Positions 50,338 through 60,065 are shown, numbered from the stretch's first letter. The stretch is 64,000 nucleotides of DNA from Terriglobia bacterium (GCA_020072765.1 JAIQGD010000002.1:4796-68795), one strand, 5' to 3'. Translations and numbers: made by a program. Notes: generated by a model not told the origin, from the sequence alone.

Positions 50338-50715
50338 ATGAAACCCATCCGAGTCCTGGTCGCAAACCGCCCGCGCCTGATGCGCGAACTGGTGATGGCC
50401 ACGATTTCCGACCAGTCGGACATTGAAATTGTGGGTGAAATTCATGAGGAATCTGAAATCGCCAGCGCCGTGGAACAAACCCAGCCGGACTTCCTCATCG
50501 TGGCGCTGGAACAGCACGATCGGCTGCCCGAGTTCTGCCAGTCGATTCTGCAGAGCCACCCTCAGGTCAAGATCATCGCGATCGCTCCGGACCGGAACAG
50601 CAGCGTGTTTTATTGGGCTTCACTCCGAGTGCAATCGAATCAGATCGAGGCATCCGAGGCGGGCGTGCTGAGCGCGCTGCGTGGCAAGAGTCGCCCGGTG
50701 GCGAGGATCCAATGA
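50338..50715 (+). CDS. stand-alone pseudo-receiver (CheY-like fold without phospho-acceptor Asp)
   Basis: IRVLVANRPRLMRE has NR in place of DD, and PDFLIVALEQ has Ala where the phospho-acceptor Asp is expected. Its stop overlaps the exporter ATG (ATGA at 50712-50715). Confidence 0.65.
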   Translation: MKPIRVLVANRPRLMRELVMATISDQSDIEIVGEIHEESEIASAVEQTQPDFLIVALEQHDRLPEFCQSILQSHPQVKIIAIAPDRNSSVFYWASLRVQSNQIEASEAGVLSALRGKSRPVARIQ

Positions 50716-53700
50716 ACAGAAAGAGATTCACCATTCCGGCCCGCTTCGGTGCCCGAACAGGGAAGAAAGCGCTTCGCATTGGGCCCATTCTGACGCTCGC
50801 GCTGCTCTGTGGCGGCGCAGTCGGGGCGCAGAATCAGCGCCCCGCCCCCCTGGCGGTCTCCGAGCTGGGCCAGAAAAACATGAGTCTGGTGGCGGCATCG
50901 CCGGCCGACATCAAGGCGGTGCTGGTGAAGGATGCCGGGCTGATGGTGGAACTGAAGCACTGGGTCGCCAAGGAAGCCACCGATCAGGGACAGATCATCA
51001 GCGAATCGGATTTGACCAACGGCGCCATCTTCGACCGGCTGGAGACCGATGTGCAGTTTCGGTCGGTCGCGACGCTGTTGCTCCAGCGCTACGGCTATCT
51101 GGTTCCCAAGGTGAATCCCGATTCCGCGCTCGGTAAAGAACAAGAGTTATTGGTTCAAGAGCGCGCCAAGTGGCTCGCACAAGATCAGGAGGAAAGGCTC
51201 ACGGCTGCACGGCAGCGGACTTCCCAGAACATAGAGAATACGGGGGGGTGCGACCCACGCCTGAGTGTCGATTGCAACGCTTCGCAAGTGCCTTCCTCTC
51301 CGGCAGAAGGGCCTGGCCAACGACTTCAACCAGGAATGCCACCTTCCCGGACCTCTCCCAACGACACGAACCCGCCGAACCTTCAACAGGGAGGCGGAAG
51401 GCCGCTGGAGCGCGCCCAGCTAATGCAAAGCGACGACCAACTTCCTAACGCCTATTCCCAGGTTTCCCTCGGGACAGCCGATGGCTCCAGGCAATCGCCG
51501 GAAAACCTCGGAGTGAATCCCTTCGGGCCGCTTACCCCTCAGGCGGGGGCAAACAGCACGGGCGATGAGTTCGGTTCATTTCTGGGTGCAGCCAACTCGC
51601 AGGGTCTGAATTCAGCGGAGAACCCCGCGATGAATGGGATGCCTTTAGCCGGGGCAGGCAGCCGAACGCCAGACATGGGCCGCATGAGCCCAGCGAGTGC
51701 TGGCGGGGCGGACTTCTCCCTGGCTGCGGGCGTTTCGCCGTTTTCGCCGATGCAGCGGCTGAATCCGCGATATGGAAATCAAACGCTCCTGCAGCCGGTG
51801 GAAATGACGCGCGCGCCCAACCCTTACAGCGACATTCCGTCGCTGTACGACATGTACCTGCAGGCGACGCCTCATCCGAGTACGCCAACCCGATTCGGGA
51901 TGAATATCTTCGAGAATGGGACGCGGGACTCGCAATTGATTCCCATGGATCTGCCCGCCGGGCCCGACTACGTGGTGGGACCGGGCGATGGGCTGGCCAT
52001 CAATCTATGGGGCGGCGTTTCTCAACGGCTGTACCGCACCGTGGACCGAGAGGGCCGCGTGAGCCTCCCCGAGGTCGGACCACTGCTCGTGAGCGGAAAG
52101 AGTCTCGGGGACGTGCAGCAGAGTTTGCAGCAGGTTCTGCGGACGCAATTCCGTGATGTGTCCGCGGATGTCTCACTCGCCCGCTTGCGAACCATTCGAG
52201 TCTACGTGGTCGGCGACGTCACGAATCCGGGTGCGTATGACATCAGCTCCCTTTCGACACCTCTCAATGCGCTCTTTACCGCCGGCGGACCGACGCCGCG
52301 AGGATCGCTGCGGATTGTGAAGCACTATCGCGGCAATCAATTGGTGCAGGTTGTGGACCTGTATGACCTGCTGCTCCACGGCGTGAAGTCCGACATCCAG
52401 CGCCTCGATAATGGCGATACGGTGCAGGTGCCGCCCATCGGGCCGCAAGTGACTGTGGAAGGAATGGTTCGCCGCCCGGCAATTTACGAGCTGAAAGACG
52501 AGAAGGATATGGCCAATGTTCTCGATCTCGCGGGCGGGCTTCTTCCTACCGCTGCATTGCACCATATCGAAGTTCAACGCACGGTCTCCCACGAAAAGGA
52601 AACGATGGTCGGCCTCGACATCCCGGATGGGGGAGATGCTTCTGAGGTGACGCAGAAACTCGCATCGTTCGAGATTCACGACGGAGACCATATCCGGCTG
52701 TTCCCGATCGCGCCGTACAACCAGAACGCCGTGTACGTCGAGGGCCACGTGATCCGGCCGGGCCGGTACTCCTATCGTGCCGACATGCGGGTAACCGATT
52801 TGATCTCATCCTACAAGGATTTACTGCCGGAACCGGCGACTCAGTATGCCGAGATCATCCGCTTGAACGCGCCCGATTTTCACCCCAGTGTGGAGGGGTT
52901 CGATGTGGCGGAAGCGTTTGCCGATCCTGCTCATGCGCCGATTCTCAAACCCATGGATACCGTCCGGATCTTCAGCCGTTACAACTTTGAGAATCCGCCC
53001 ACGGTTTCGGTGTGGGGCGACGTGCGCGGGCCAGGGACGTACCGGACATCGGGACAAATTCACCTGAGCGATGCGGTCCACTTGGCCGGAGGACTCTCTC
53101 CGGACGCGCAGACCGGAGACGCGCAGGTGTTCCGCTATTTAGCGGATGGCAAGCTGAAGATCTTCAGTGTCAGTCTAAGCCAGGCGCTGGCAGGAGATCC
53201 GGCCGAGAACATTCTTCTCGCTTCGCGGGACCGTGTCCTGATTCACCGAAATCCGGACGCCGAGCAACCCGCGACGGTCTACGTCCAAGGCGAAGTGGGA
53301 AAGCCCGGCCGCTACCCGCTGACGACGAACATGACGGTCGCGGATTTGATCCGTGTTGGAGGCGGCCTCAAGCCCAGCGCCGACACACAGGTCGGAGACT
53401 TAACCATCTATCAATGGGCGAACGAAGCAAAGCTGAGCGGAAAACATGAGCCGATAGAGATTGCCGCGGCATTGAGCGGCGATCCGAAGGCCAACGCCCC
53501 CGTTCACAACGGGGACGTATTGACGATCCGGCAGCTTCCGGGCTGGAACGACCTGGGCGCTTCGATCAGTGTTAAGGGTGAGGTCAAGCATCCGGGAACC
53601 TACGGCATTCGGCCGGGAGAGCGGCTGAGCTCTGTTTTGGAGCGAGCCGGCGGCTTCCAGCCCAGTGCTTATCCATACGCAGCGGTCTTGCAACGAGTGC

Positions 53701-54311
53701 AAGTGCGTGAGCTGGAAGGGAAACAGCAGGATGAGATGATCCTGCGGGTGAAAGCTGCGGAGGGCAATCTGGAACTTTTGCCGGACACTGATCCCAAGCA
53801 GAAGCAAGCCAAGGAAGCGGCATTGGCGCAATATCAGACCACTCTCCTGCAACTGAGCGCCAATCCTCCCGTGGGGCGCGTGGCGATTCGCATCGCTTCT
53901 GATATCAAGCGTTGGAAAAACAGCGCCGCGGATGTCGAGGTGCGCGCGGGAGACACTCTCGTCATTCCCAAGAGGCCGAGCTACGTGATGATCACCGGCC
54001 AGGTCTTCAATCCTACAGCGGTTTCCTTCCGGCCGGGCAGGAGCGCGAAGTGGTATCTGGGCCAGTCCGGCGGGCCCACGACGCTCGCCAATAAGAAGGC
54101 GATCTTTGTTATCCGAGCTGATGGTTCCGTGATCAGTCAGAAAGAAAGCCTGTGGAGCGGGAGCGCGCTCAGCGCCGCGCTGCAACCCGGGGACACGGTG
54201 GTGGTTCCGGAGAAGGCAATCAGCGGCGGGACGAATTGGCAGAACCTGTTCACAGCGGCGCAGGTGGCATCTTCCGTCGCCAGCACTGTGTTTATCGCAC
54301 TGCGTTACTAA
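50712..54311 (+). CDS. giant polysaccharide export protein (Wza-like Poly_export domain plus multiple SLBB domains)
   Basis: ATG 50712 lies inside ORF 50613..54311. There is a signal sequence (ILTLALLCGGAVGAQ) and a Poly_export motif (PDYVVGPGDGLAINLWGG...LPEVGPLLVSGKSL), followed by repeated SLBB-like units (..GDV..PG.Y......L.D.I..AGG..). Confidence 0.8.
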   Translation: MNRKRFTIPARFGARTGKKALRIGPILTLALLCGGAVGAQNQRPAPLAVSELGQKNMSLVAASPADIKAVLVKDAGLMVELKHWVAKEATDQGQIISESDLTNGAIFDRLETDVQFRSVATLLLQRYGYLVPKVNPDSALGKEQELLVQERAKWLAQDQEERLTAARQRTSQNIENTGGCDPRLSVDCNASQVPSSPAEGPGQRLQPGMPPSRTSPNDTNPPNLQQGGGRPLERAQLMQSDDQLPNAYSQVSLGTADGSRQSPENLGVNPFGPLTPQAGANSTGDEFGSFLGAANSQGLNSAENPAMNGMPLAGAGSRTPDMGRMSPASAGGADFSLAAGVSPFSPMQRLNPRYGNQTLLQPVEMTRAPNPYSDIPSLYDMYLQATPHPSTPTRFGMNIFENGTRDSQLIPMDLPAGPDYVVGPGDGLAINLWGGVSQRLYRTVDREGRVSLPEVGPLLVSGKSLGDVQQSLQQVLRTQFRDVSADVSLARLRTIRVYVVGDVTNPGAYDISSLSTPLNALFTAGGPTPRGSLRIVKHYRGNQLVQVVDLYDLLLHGVKSDIQRLDNGDTVQVPPIGPQVTVEGMVRRPAIYELKDEKDMANVLDLAGGLLPTAALHHIEVQRTVSHEKETMVGLDIPDGGDASEVTQKLASFEIHDGDHIRLFPIAPYNQNAVYVEGHVIRPGRYSYRADMRVTDLISSYKDLLPEPATQYAEIIRLNAPDFHPSVEGFDVAEAFADPAHAPILKPMDTVRIFSRYNFENPPTVSVWGDVRGPGTYRTSGQIHLSDAVHLAGGLSPDAQTGDAQVFRYLADGKLKIFSVSLSQALAGDPAENILLASRDRVLIHRNPDAEQPATVYVQGEVGKPGRYPLTTNMTVADLIRVGGGLKPSADTQVGDLTIYQWANEAKLSGKHEPIEIAAALSGDPKANAPVHNGDVLTIRQLPGWNDLGASISVKGEVKHPGTYGIRPGERLSSVLERAGGFQPSAYPYAAVLQRVQVRELEGKQQDEMILRVKAAEGNLELLPDTDPKQKQAKEAALAQYQTTLLQLSANPPVGRVAIRIASDIKRWKNSAADVEVRAGDTLVIPKRPSYVMITGQVFNPTAVSFRPGRSAKWYLGQSGGPTTLANKKAIFVIRADGSVISQKESLWSGSALSAALQPGDTVVVPEKAISGGTNWQNLFTAAQVASSVASTVFIALRY

Positions 54312-54320
54312 CGGGGAATC

Positions 54321-56831
54321 GTGATCACTCGAAGATGGAGGGGACTCATGCTCGGCTGCTGTTGGCTCACGGCTGTGGAAGCTCTGAGCGCGCCGTGCTG
54401 CTATGCCCAGCCTCAGGAGCAGCAGGCCAGCGCCCTGCCTTCGGCGAAAGAGCACGACGTGCAGCAAAAGCCGGCTCCTGAGCCCGATTCTTCCAGCCTG
54501 CCCGCAAAGCCAACGGCGAGCCCGGCACATTACGACAAGTCGTTGGGACCAACGGGAGGGCCACGACTGGGATTGATGGGAAGGTTCCTGGGCGACCAGA
54601 AAGAAATTTGGACCAGTCCCGCAAGGCTTCGGTTCTCTGATACGGATTGGCTTGTTCCCCTCAGCGGCATCACGGCAGGGCTATTCGTGACGGATCGCGA
54701 TTTCAGCAAGCACCTGTCACAGAGTCCGACAACAATCAGTCACTACAAGATGCTGTCGGACGCCGGCGCGGCGGCACTCGTCGGCGGTGCCGGAGGAATG
54801 TGGCTCTTGGGCCACGCCTCGCACAACGAGCATTGGAGTGAGACTGGATTCCTCGCGGGCGAAGCGGCGGTGAACAGTCTGGTCGCGGTTGAGGGATTGA
54901 AGTACTCGCTGCGTCGCGAACGACCGTATCAGGGTGATGGCAGCGGCTCGTTTTTCCAGAGTGGTGGTACTTCCTTTCCATCGGAACACGCCGCTGCAGC
55001 ATGGTCAGTTGCGGGAGTTATCGCACACGAATATCCCGGCCCGCTCACCCAGATCGTGGCTTACGGCCTGGCCTCTCTGATCACTGTCTCTCGGGTAAAG
55101 GCTCAACAACATTTCTCCTCAGACGTGCTCGTCGGCAGCATAATCGGTAACCTCGTCGCGCAGAACATCTACAGTCGTCATCACGATCCAGAGCTCGGCG
55201 GCGGAGAATGGCGATCGATCAGCCAACTCTTTCGCGGCGATGGAACGCACTCTCCAGGGAATCAGGGGTCCCCGTACGTTCCGCTCGATAGCTGGATTTA
55301 TCCGGCGCTTGAGCGGCTTGGAGCTCTGGGTTATTTGGACAGCGAATTTCTCGGGATGCGCCCGTGGACTAGGGCGGAGTGCGCTCATTTGGTAGACGAG
55401 GTGGGCGACCGAATTCGGGACGGGCAGCTCGATTCGCCAGAGGTCAGTCATTTTTACGATGAACTATCGAAGGAATTTGATGCCGACCTAAAAGCGCTGT
55501 CGGCAGGAAGAGAGTACTCCATGCGCGTGGAATCGATCTACGCGCGAACGACGGAAATCACCGGCCCGCCGTTGAACGATAGTTATCATTTTGGACAAAC
55601 GATCATTAACAACTATGGCCGCCCGTATCAGCGCGGGTTCAATACAGTGGACGGTTTTTCAGGCTGGGGAACCAAAGGGCGCTTTACGATCTACGTTCGG
55701 GGAGAATACCAGCACGCCCCTTCCGCGCCTGGGTATTCGAATTCGGTCCAAAACGTGATTGCTGCTGTCGACCAAACTCCCGCTCAGCCGGCGACCCCGG
55801 TGCTCGCCGCAAATCAGTTCCGGCTACTGGACACCTATGTGGCGGCCAACGTCGCGGGTTGGGAAATGGCCTTCGGTAAACAGAGTCTGTGGTGGGGACC
55901 GGGAGAAGGCGGGGCGTTAATATTCAGCGACAATGCCGAGCCCATCTACATGGCACGTGCCAGTCGAATTTCACCTACTACGCTCCCGTGGATCTTTCAC
56001 TTACTCGGCCCGATGAAAGTGGATCTGTTCTTCGGCAAGCTGTCCGGTAATGAATTCCCCCCACGGCCTCTACTCCACGGAGAGAAGATTAGTTTCAAAC
56101 CGACAAAAAATTTAGAACTTGGTTTCAGTCGGACGAGTGAGTTTGGGGGAGTCGGTCGACCGCTAACAGCCGCCGCTATTTTTAACAGCTATGTGAGTTT
56201 CGTGTCGTCTGGAAATTATGGGGCGAACGATAATCCCGGAAAGCGCACCGGCGGCTTCGACTTCTCCTATCGAGTTCCTTTCGTTCGCAAGTGGCTGACG
56301 TTGTACTCGGATTCCATCACCGCTGATGACCCATCGCCGCTTGCAGCCCCCCCGCGGGCCGCCATAAGTGGGGGTCTCTATATGCCCCGGCTTCCCGGCT
56401 TGCCCAAATTGGATTTACGCGTGGAGGCTGTAAATACCGACACCCCGTCTTCTCGAAGCACCGGCGGAAAATTCGTTTACTGGGAACTCTTTTATTATCA
56501 CAACCTTTATCTAAACAAAAATAATCTAATCGGTAGCTGGATCGGAAGAGAAGGCGTGGGATACCAAGCCTGGAGTACGTATTCTTTTAGCCCGAAGAAT
56601 ACTCTGCGGTTCGGATTTCGGCATGCAAAAGTTGATAGCGATTTCATTCCTGGCGGAGAAACCGTAAACGATGGCTCCGTAAAGCTCGATTGGTGGATGC
56701 GCCACGATTTGAGTCTTTCGACATCGGTGCAATACGAGAAATGGTTTGCCCCTCTCTTGGCGCCGACTCCGCAGACGAACTGGACATCTTCCGTGGAGAT
56801 TGCATTTCGGCCCCGGTCGTGGACCAAGTGA
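54321..56831 (+). CDS. PAP2 acid-phosphatase domain fused to a Wzi-like capsule-assembly outer-membrane domain
   Basis: The PAP2 motifs are KYSLRRERP (Kx6RP), PSEH, and SRVKAQQHFSSD (SRx5Hx3D). These are followed by YVPLDSWIYPALERLGALGYL... and a long beta-rich C-terminus typical of Wzi. GTG start. Confidence 0.7.
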   Translation: MITRRWRGLMLGCCWLTAVEALSAPCCYAQPQEQQASALPSAKEHDVQQKPAPEPDSSSLPAKPTASPAHYDKSLGPTGGPRLGLMGRFLGDQKEIWTSPARLRFSDTDWLVPLSGITAGLFVTDRDFSKHLSQSPTTISHYKMLSDAGAAALVGGAGGMWLLGHASHNEHWSETGFLAGEAAVNSLVAVEGLKYSLRRERPYQGDGSGSFFQSGGTSFPSEHAAAAWSVAGVIAHEYPGPLTQIVAYGLASLITVSRVKAQQHFSSDVLVGSIIGNLVAQNIYSRHHDPELGGGEWRSISQLFRGDGTHSPGNQGSPYVPLDSWIYPALERLGALGYLDSEFLGMRPWTRAECAHLVDEVGDRIRDGQLDSPEVSHFYDELSKEFDADLKALSAGREYSMRVESIYARTTEITGPPLNDSYHFGQTIINNYGRPYQRGFNTVDGFSGWGTKGRFTIYVRGEYQHAPSAPGYSNSVQNVIAAVDQTPAQPATPVLAANQFRLLDTYVAANVAGWEMAFGKQSLWWGPGEGGALIFSDNAEPIYMARASRISPTTLPWIFHLLGPMKVDLFFGKLSGNEFPPRPLLHGEKISFKPTKNLELGFSRTSEFGGVGRPLTAAAIFNSYVSFVSSGNYGANDNPGKRTGGFDFSYRVPFVRKWLTLYSDSITADDPSPLAAPPRAAISGGLYMPRLPGLPKLDLRVEAVNTDTPSSRSTGGKFVYWELFYYHNLYLNKNNLIGSWIGREGVGYQAWSTYSFSPKNTLRFGFRHAKVDSDFIPGGETVNDGSVKLDWWMRHDLSLSTSVQYEKWFAPLLAPTPQTNWTSSVEIAFRPRSWTK

Positions 56832-57061
56832 AAAGTATTTCAGCTGTAGGCGGGACATCAGTGAGGGCCGCTTGATACGAGACTTAGGAGTGTTCGAGAG
56901 TTGAAGCCGAAGACATCCAATCCGAGACTGATACCGACGGGCCAGCCGAATCATTCGAGCGCGGCGACGCTTGTGGTGGTTATTTGTCCTGTGCGCGATG
57001 AACTTTTCCAGGGTTTGGCCATGAATGTGGCGCCAAGTGTGTTTCTGATCGGGGGCCGACC

Positions 57062-58456
57062 GTGAAATTCTCGAGCGCCGCTCCGGTTCGTCAGCCTCTG
57101 CCCGAGTTGCCTGAGGAAGCACTCCCCGGCACCTCCCCGGAACCACAGACTCGAGAATCAAGCCAGAAATCTCTCGCGGCGCTCAGTCTGCTTTGGGAGC
57201 GGCGGCGGCTTCTGTTCCGGATCGCGCTCTACGCTCTGCTCGCTAGCACGGTCGCCGCTTTTCTTATACCCGCACGATATGAATCCACGGCGCGTTTGAT
57301 GCCACCTGATAATCAATCCGGTTCGAGTCTGGCGATGGCGGCGGCCGCGATGTCCGGCGCGGCCGGCGGGCTTGGTGGCATCGCGAGCGACCTCCTGGGT
57401 CTCAAGAGCACGAGCGACGTCTTCGTCGGCATCTTGGGCAGTCGCACTGTTCAAGACAAACTCATCCAGCAGTTTGACCTGAAAAAACTTTATGGGGACC
57501 GGCGCATGGAAGATGCGCGGAACGATTTGGCGAATCACACCGGTATCTCCGTGGATCGAAAGAGTCAAATCATCACGATTACGGTGACGGACAAGAGCCC
57601 ACAGCGGGCGGCCGCCATGGCGCAGGCCTACGTTGAAGAACTGAACCGCCTGGTGGCCGAGTTGAGCACGTCCTCCGCACGCCGCGAACGAATTTTCCTC
57701 GAAGAGCGGTTGCAGGCTGTCAGCCAGGATTTGAAAGATGCAGAGAAGAATTTCAGCCAGTTCGCCAGCAAGAACACGGCGATCGATATCAAGGAACAAG
57801 GCAAGGCCATGGTCGATGCGGCAGCGACGCTGCAAGGTCAGCTCATCGCCGCGGAATCCGAGCTCCAGGGCCTCAAACAGACTTATACCGACAGTAACGT
57901 GCGCGTGCGATCCGTGCAGGCCCGCATTGACGAGTTGAAGCACCAACTCGATAAGCTGGGCGGGAAAGGCGAGAGCATGACGGAGGTCTCCGGCCAGCCG
58001 GGCGACTCCCTCTATCCTTCTATCCGGAAACTCCCCCTGCTTGGCGTCACGTACGCCGATCTCTATCGCCGCACAAGGATTCAAGAAGCTGTTCTTGAAG
58101 CCCTCACCAAAGAGTACGAAATGGCGAAGGTCCAGGAAGCGAAAGAGATTCCGACGGTGACGGTGCTCGACGTGGCCAACCTCCCGGACAAGAAAGCATT
58201 TCCTCCGCGGTTTTCGATCATGTTCCTGGGAACATTTCTGGGCTCGTGCTTTGGAGTGCTTTTCGTGCTTGGATCGGCGAGCTGGAATGCCATCGATCCG
58301 CAGGACCCCGGAAAACAGTTTGCAGCGAAAATTTGGACCGATCTGAAGGCCCATGCGCCGTGGGTCACGAGGAATGGTGCCGGAACTGCGGACGGGAATT
58401 ACCGAGTTTTGAACGAAGTGGACAGCCAAGGCGGGCGGGGCGACGAACAGGAATAG
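57062..58456 (+). CDS. polysaccharide chain-length determinant (Wzz/GumC-type PCP) without kinase domain
   Basis: It has an N-terminal TM plus Wzz motif (LFRIALYALLASTVAAFLIPARYESTARLMPP), a long coiled-coil periplasmic region and a C-terminal TM. No Walker-A tyrosine-kinase domain is present. Confidence 0.75.
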   Translation: MKFSSAAPVRQPLPELPEEALPGTSPEPQTRESSQKSLAALSLLWERRRLLFRIALYALLASTVAAFLIPARYESTARLMPPDNQSGSSLAMAAAAMSGAAGGLGGIASDLLGLKSTSDVFVGILGSRTVQDKLIQQFDLKKLYGDRRMEDARNDLANHTGISVDRKSQIITITVTDKSPQRAAAMAQAYVEELNRLVAELSTSSARRERIFLEERLQAVSQDLKDAEKNFSQFASKNTAIDIKEQGKAMVDAAATLQGQLIAAESELQGLKQTYTDSNVRVRSVQARIDELKHQLDKLGGKGESMTEVSGQPGDSLYPSIRKLPLLGVTYADLYRRTRIQEAVLEALTKEYEMAKVQEAKEIPTVTVLDVANLPDKKAFPPRFSIMFLGTFLGSCFGVLFVLGSASWNAIDPQDPGKQFAAKIWTDLKAHAPWVTRNGAGTADGNYRVLNEVDSQGGRGDEQE

Positions 58457-58579
58457 ATTCGGCGCCTCCGTCTATAACGTATTCTTGATAAACGGGTTAG
58501 GTCACAAAGTGCCCTGTAAGTGACGGGGCGGAGCCATCTCCGCCCCTGTCGAAGAGCGAAGAGTAAGGAGCGGGACGCA

Positions 58580-59137
58580 ATGGTAGCGACGACGGTGAGC
58601 AGCGCAACGCTGGCGGAGGCTGCCGTGTTACCGGCTGAATACCTAGAGGAGCGCTGGTACGCTGCGCAAACGTGCGCAAACCATGAAAAGCGGGTGCAGG
58701 AGCAGTTGCGCCAGCGAACTGTCGAAGCTTACCTCCCGCTTTATCCATCCGTGCGCCGCTGGAAAGACCGGCGTGTGCGCCTGGAGATACCGCTGTTTCC
58801 GGGCTATGTGTTTGTTCATTTGGCTCTGCGCGATCGATTGCAGGTGCTACAGACACCGAGTGTAGTTCGGCTGGTGGGATTTGGCGGCCAGCCAGCCGCT
58901 CTTCCGGACCAGGAAATCGAAGCGCTTCGTTGCGGGCTCGCTCACGATCTGCGGATGGAGCCACACCCGTACCTGAAAGTCGGCCGCCGCGTGCGGGTTA
59001 CGAGCGGCCCTCTGCAGGGTCTGGAGGGCATCCTCGTGCGCAAGAAAAACAGTTCGCGATTCGTCATCTCGCTAGACCTCATCATGCGGTCGGTAGCCGT
59101 CGAGATTGACGTCGCAGAGTTTAAGCCGGTTCGATAG
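58580..59137 (+). CDS. NusG-paralogue transcription antiterminator (RfaH/UpxY-like)
   Basis: ATG 58580 has an AAGGAG Shine-Dalgarno sequence. The NGN domain reads WYAAQTCANHEKRV...LPLYPSVRRWKDR...PLFPGYVFV. The KOW domain reads VGRRVRVTSGPLQGLEGILV. Confidence 0.75.
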   Translation: MVATTVSSATLAEAAVLPAEYLEERWYAAQTCANHEKRVQEQLRQRTVEAYLPLYPSVRRWKDRRVRLEIPLFPGYVFVHLALRDRLQVLQTPSVVRLVGFGGQPAALPDQEIEALRCGLAHDLRMEPHPYLKVGRRVRVTSGPLQGLEGILVRKKNSSRFVISLDLIMRSVAVEIDVAEFKPVR

Positions 59138-59147
59138 CCAATTATTC

Positions 59148-60065
59148 ATGAGTGCTCAGTCCAGTGCGAGATCGGCGACGGCAGCGCCAATGGCGGCGAG
59201 TTCAAGCCTGCGGCCTTGTCCGCTTTGCGGATCTCGGCTATTCCGGCCTGTCTTTGAACCGATCAAGAAATGCCGAGGTTGCGGGTTGTGCCTGGTGAAT
59301 CCGCTCGGGGAGTTTAGGGGCGAAAACGAAACGCAGGAATATTTTATGAAGGAGTATTTGCCACTATATCTAGCTAATCGCGAAAACAGCCTGGCCGAAC
59401 GACGCGCGCACATCAACGCCATCAGCCGGTACTTCCGTTTGCCCCATCATCCGCGACATTTGGACGTGGGATGCGCGATGGGTTCCATGCTGGAGGAAGC
59501 AAAGGCGGCGGGATGGGATCCCGTGGGTGTGGAAACCTCGGAATTTGCCGCCCGATATGCTGCAGAACATACCGGGTGTCCCGTTTACGCGGGCACGCTT
59601 CTGAAGGCTGCGCTTCCATCTGAATCGTTCGACGTGGTTACGTTGATGGATGTGATCGAGCACGTGCCAAACCCGTCGGAGTTAATAGGGGAAATCTACC
59701 GCCTTTTGCGTCCTGGCGGAGTGGTCTTCATCGTGACGCCCAACTTCGCCAGTTTCTTCGTATGGTTATACGGACCAAAAGCATATGGGGTTTGGCCCGA
59801 CCAACACGTCGTCTATTTTCAACCTTCCACGATGGCGAAGCTCCTTCGCAAAGCAGGGTTCGCGAGAATTATCGCGGGGAGCAGGGATTTCTATGGAGAT
59901 AATCTGAGACGGTTGCTCCGCCGCAATGGAGCGCAGGCAGATGTGGAAATCAAAGCCGAGTTTGGCGCGCAAACTTCATTGGGAAAACTGCGGCAGCTCG
60001 CCAATCGAGCGCTCATGCACGTCCCTGTGGGCGATAAGCTACTCGCCTTCGGTCAAAAACTGTAG
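59148..60065 (+). CDS. class I SAM-dependent methyltransferase with N-terminal Cys4 zinc-ribbon
   Basis: CPLCGS...CRGCG is followed by HLDVGCAMGSML (motif I) and FDVVTLMDVIEHV. ATG 59148 lies inside ORF 59106..60065. Confidence 0.75.
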   Translation: MSAQSSARSATAAPMAASSSLRPCPLCGSRLFRPVFEPIKKCRGCGLCLVNPLGEFRGENETQEYFMKEYLPLYLANRENSLAERRAHINAISRYFRLPHHPRHLDVGCAMGSMLEEAKAAGWDPVGVETSEFAARYAAEHTGCPVYAGTLLKAALPSESFDVVTLMDVIEHVPNPSELIGEIYRLLRPGGVVFIVTPNFASFFVWLYGPKAYGVWPDQHVVYFQPSTMAKLLRKAGFARIIAGSRDFYGDNLRRLLRRNGAQADVEIKAEFGAQTSLGKLRQLANRALMHVPVGDKLLAFGQKL

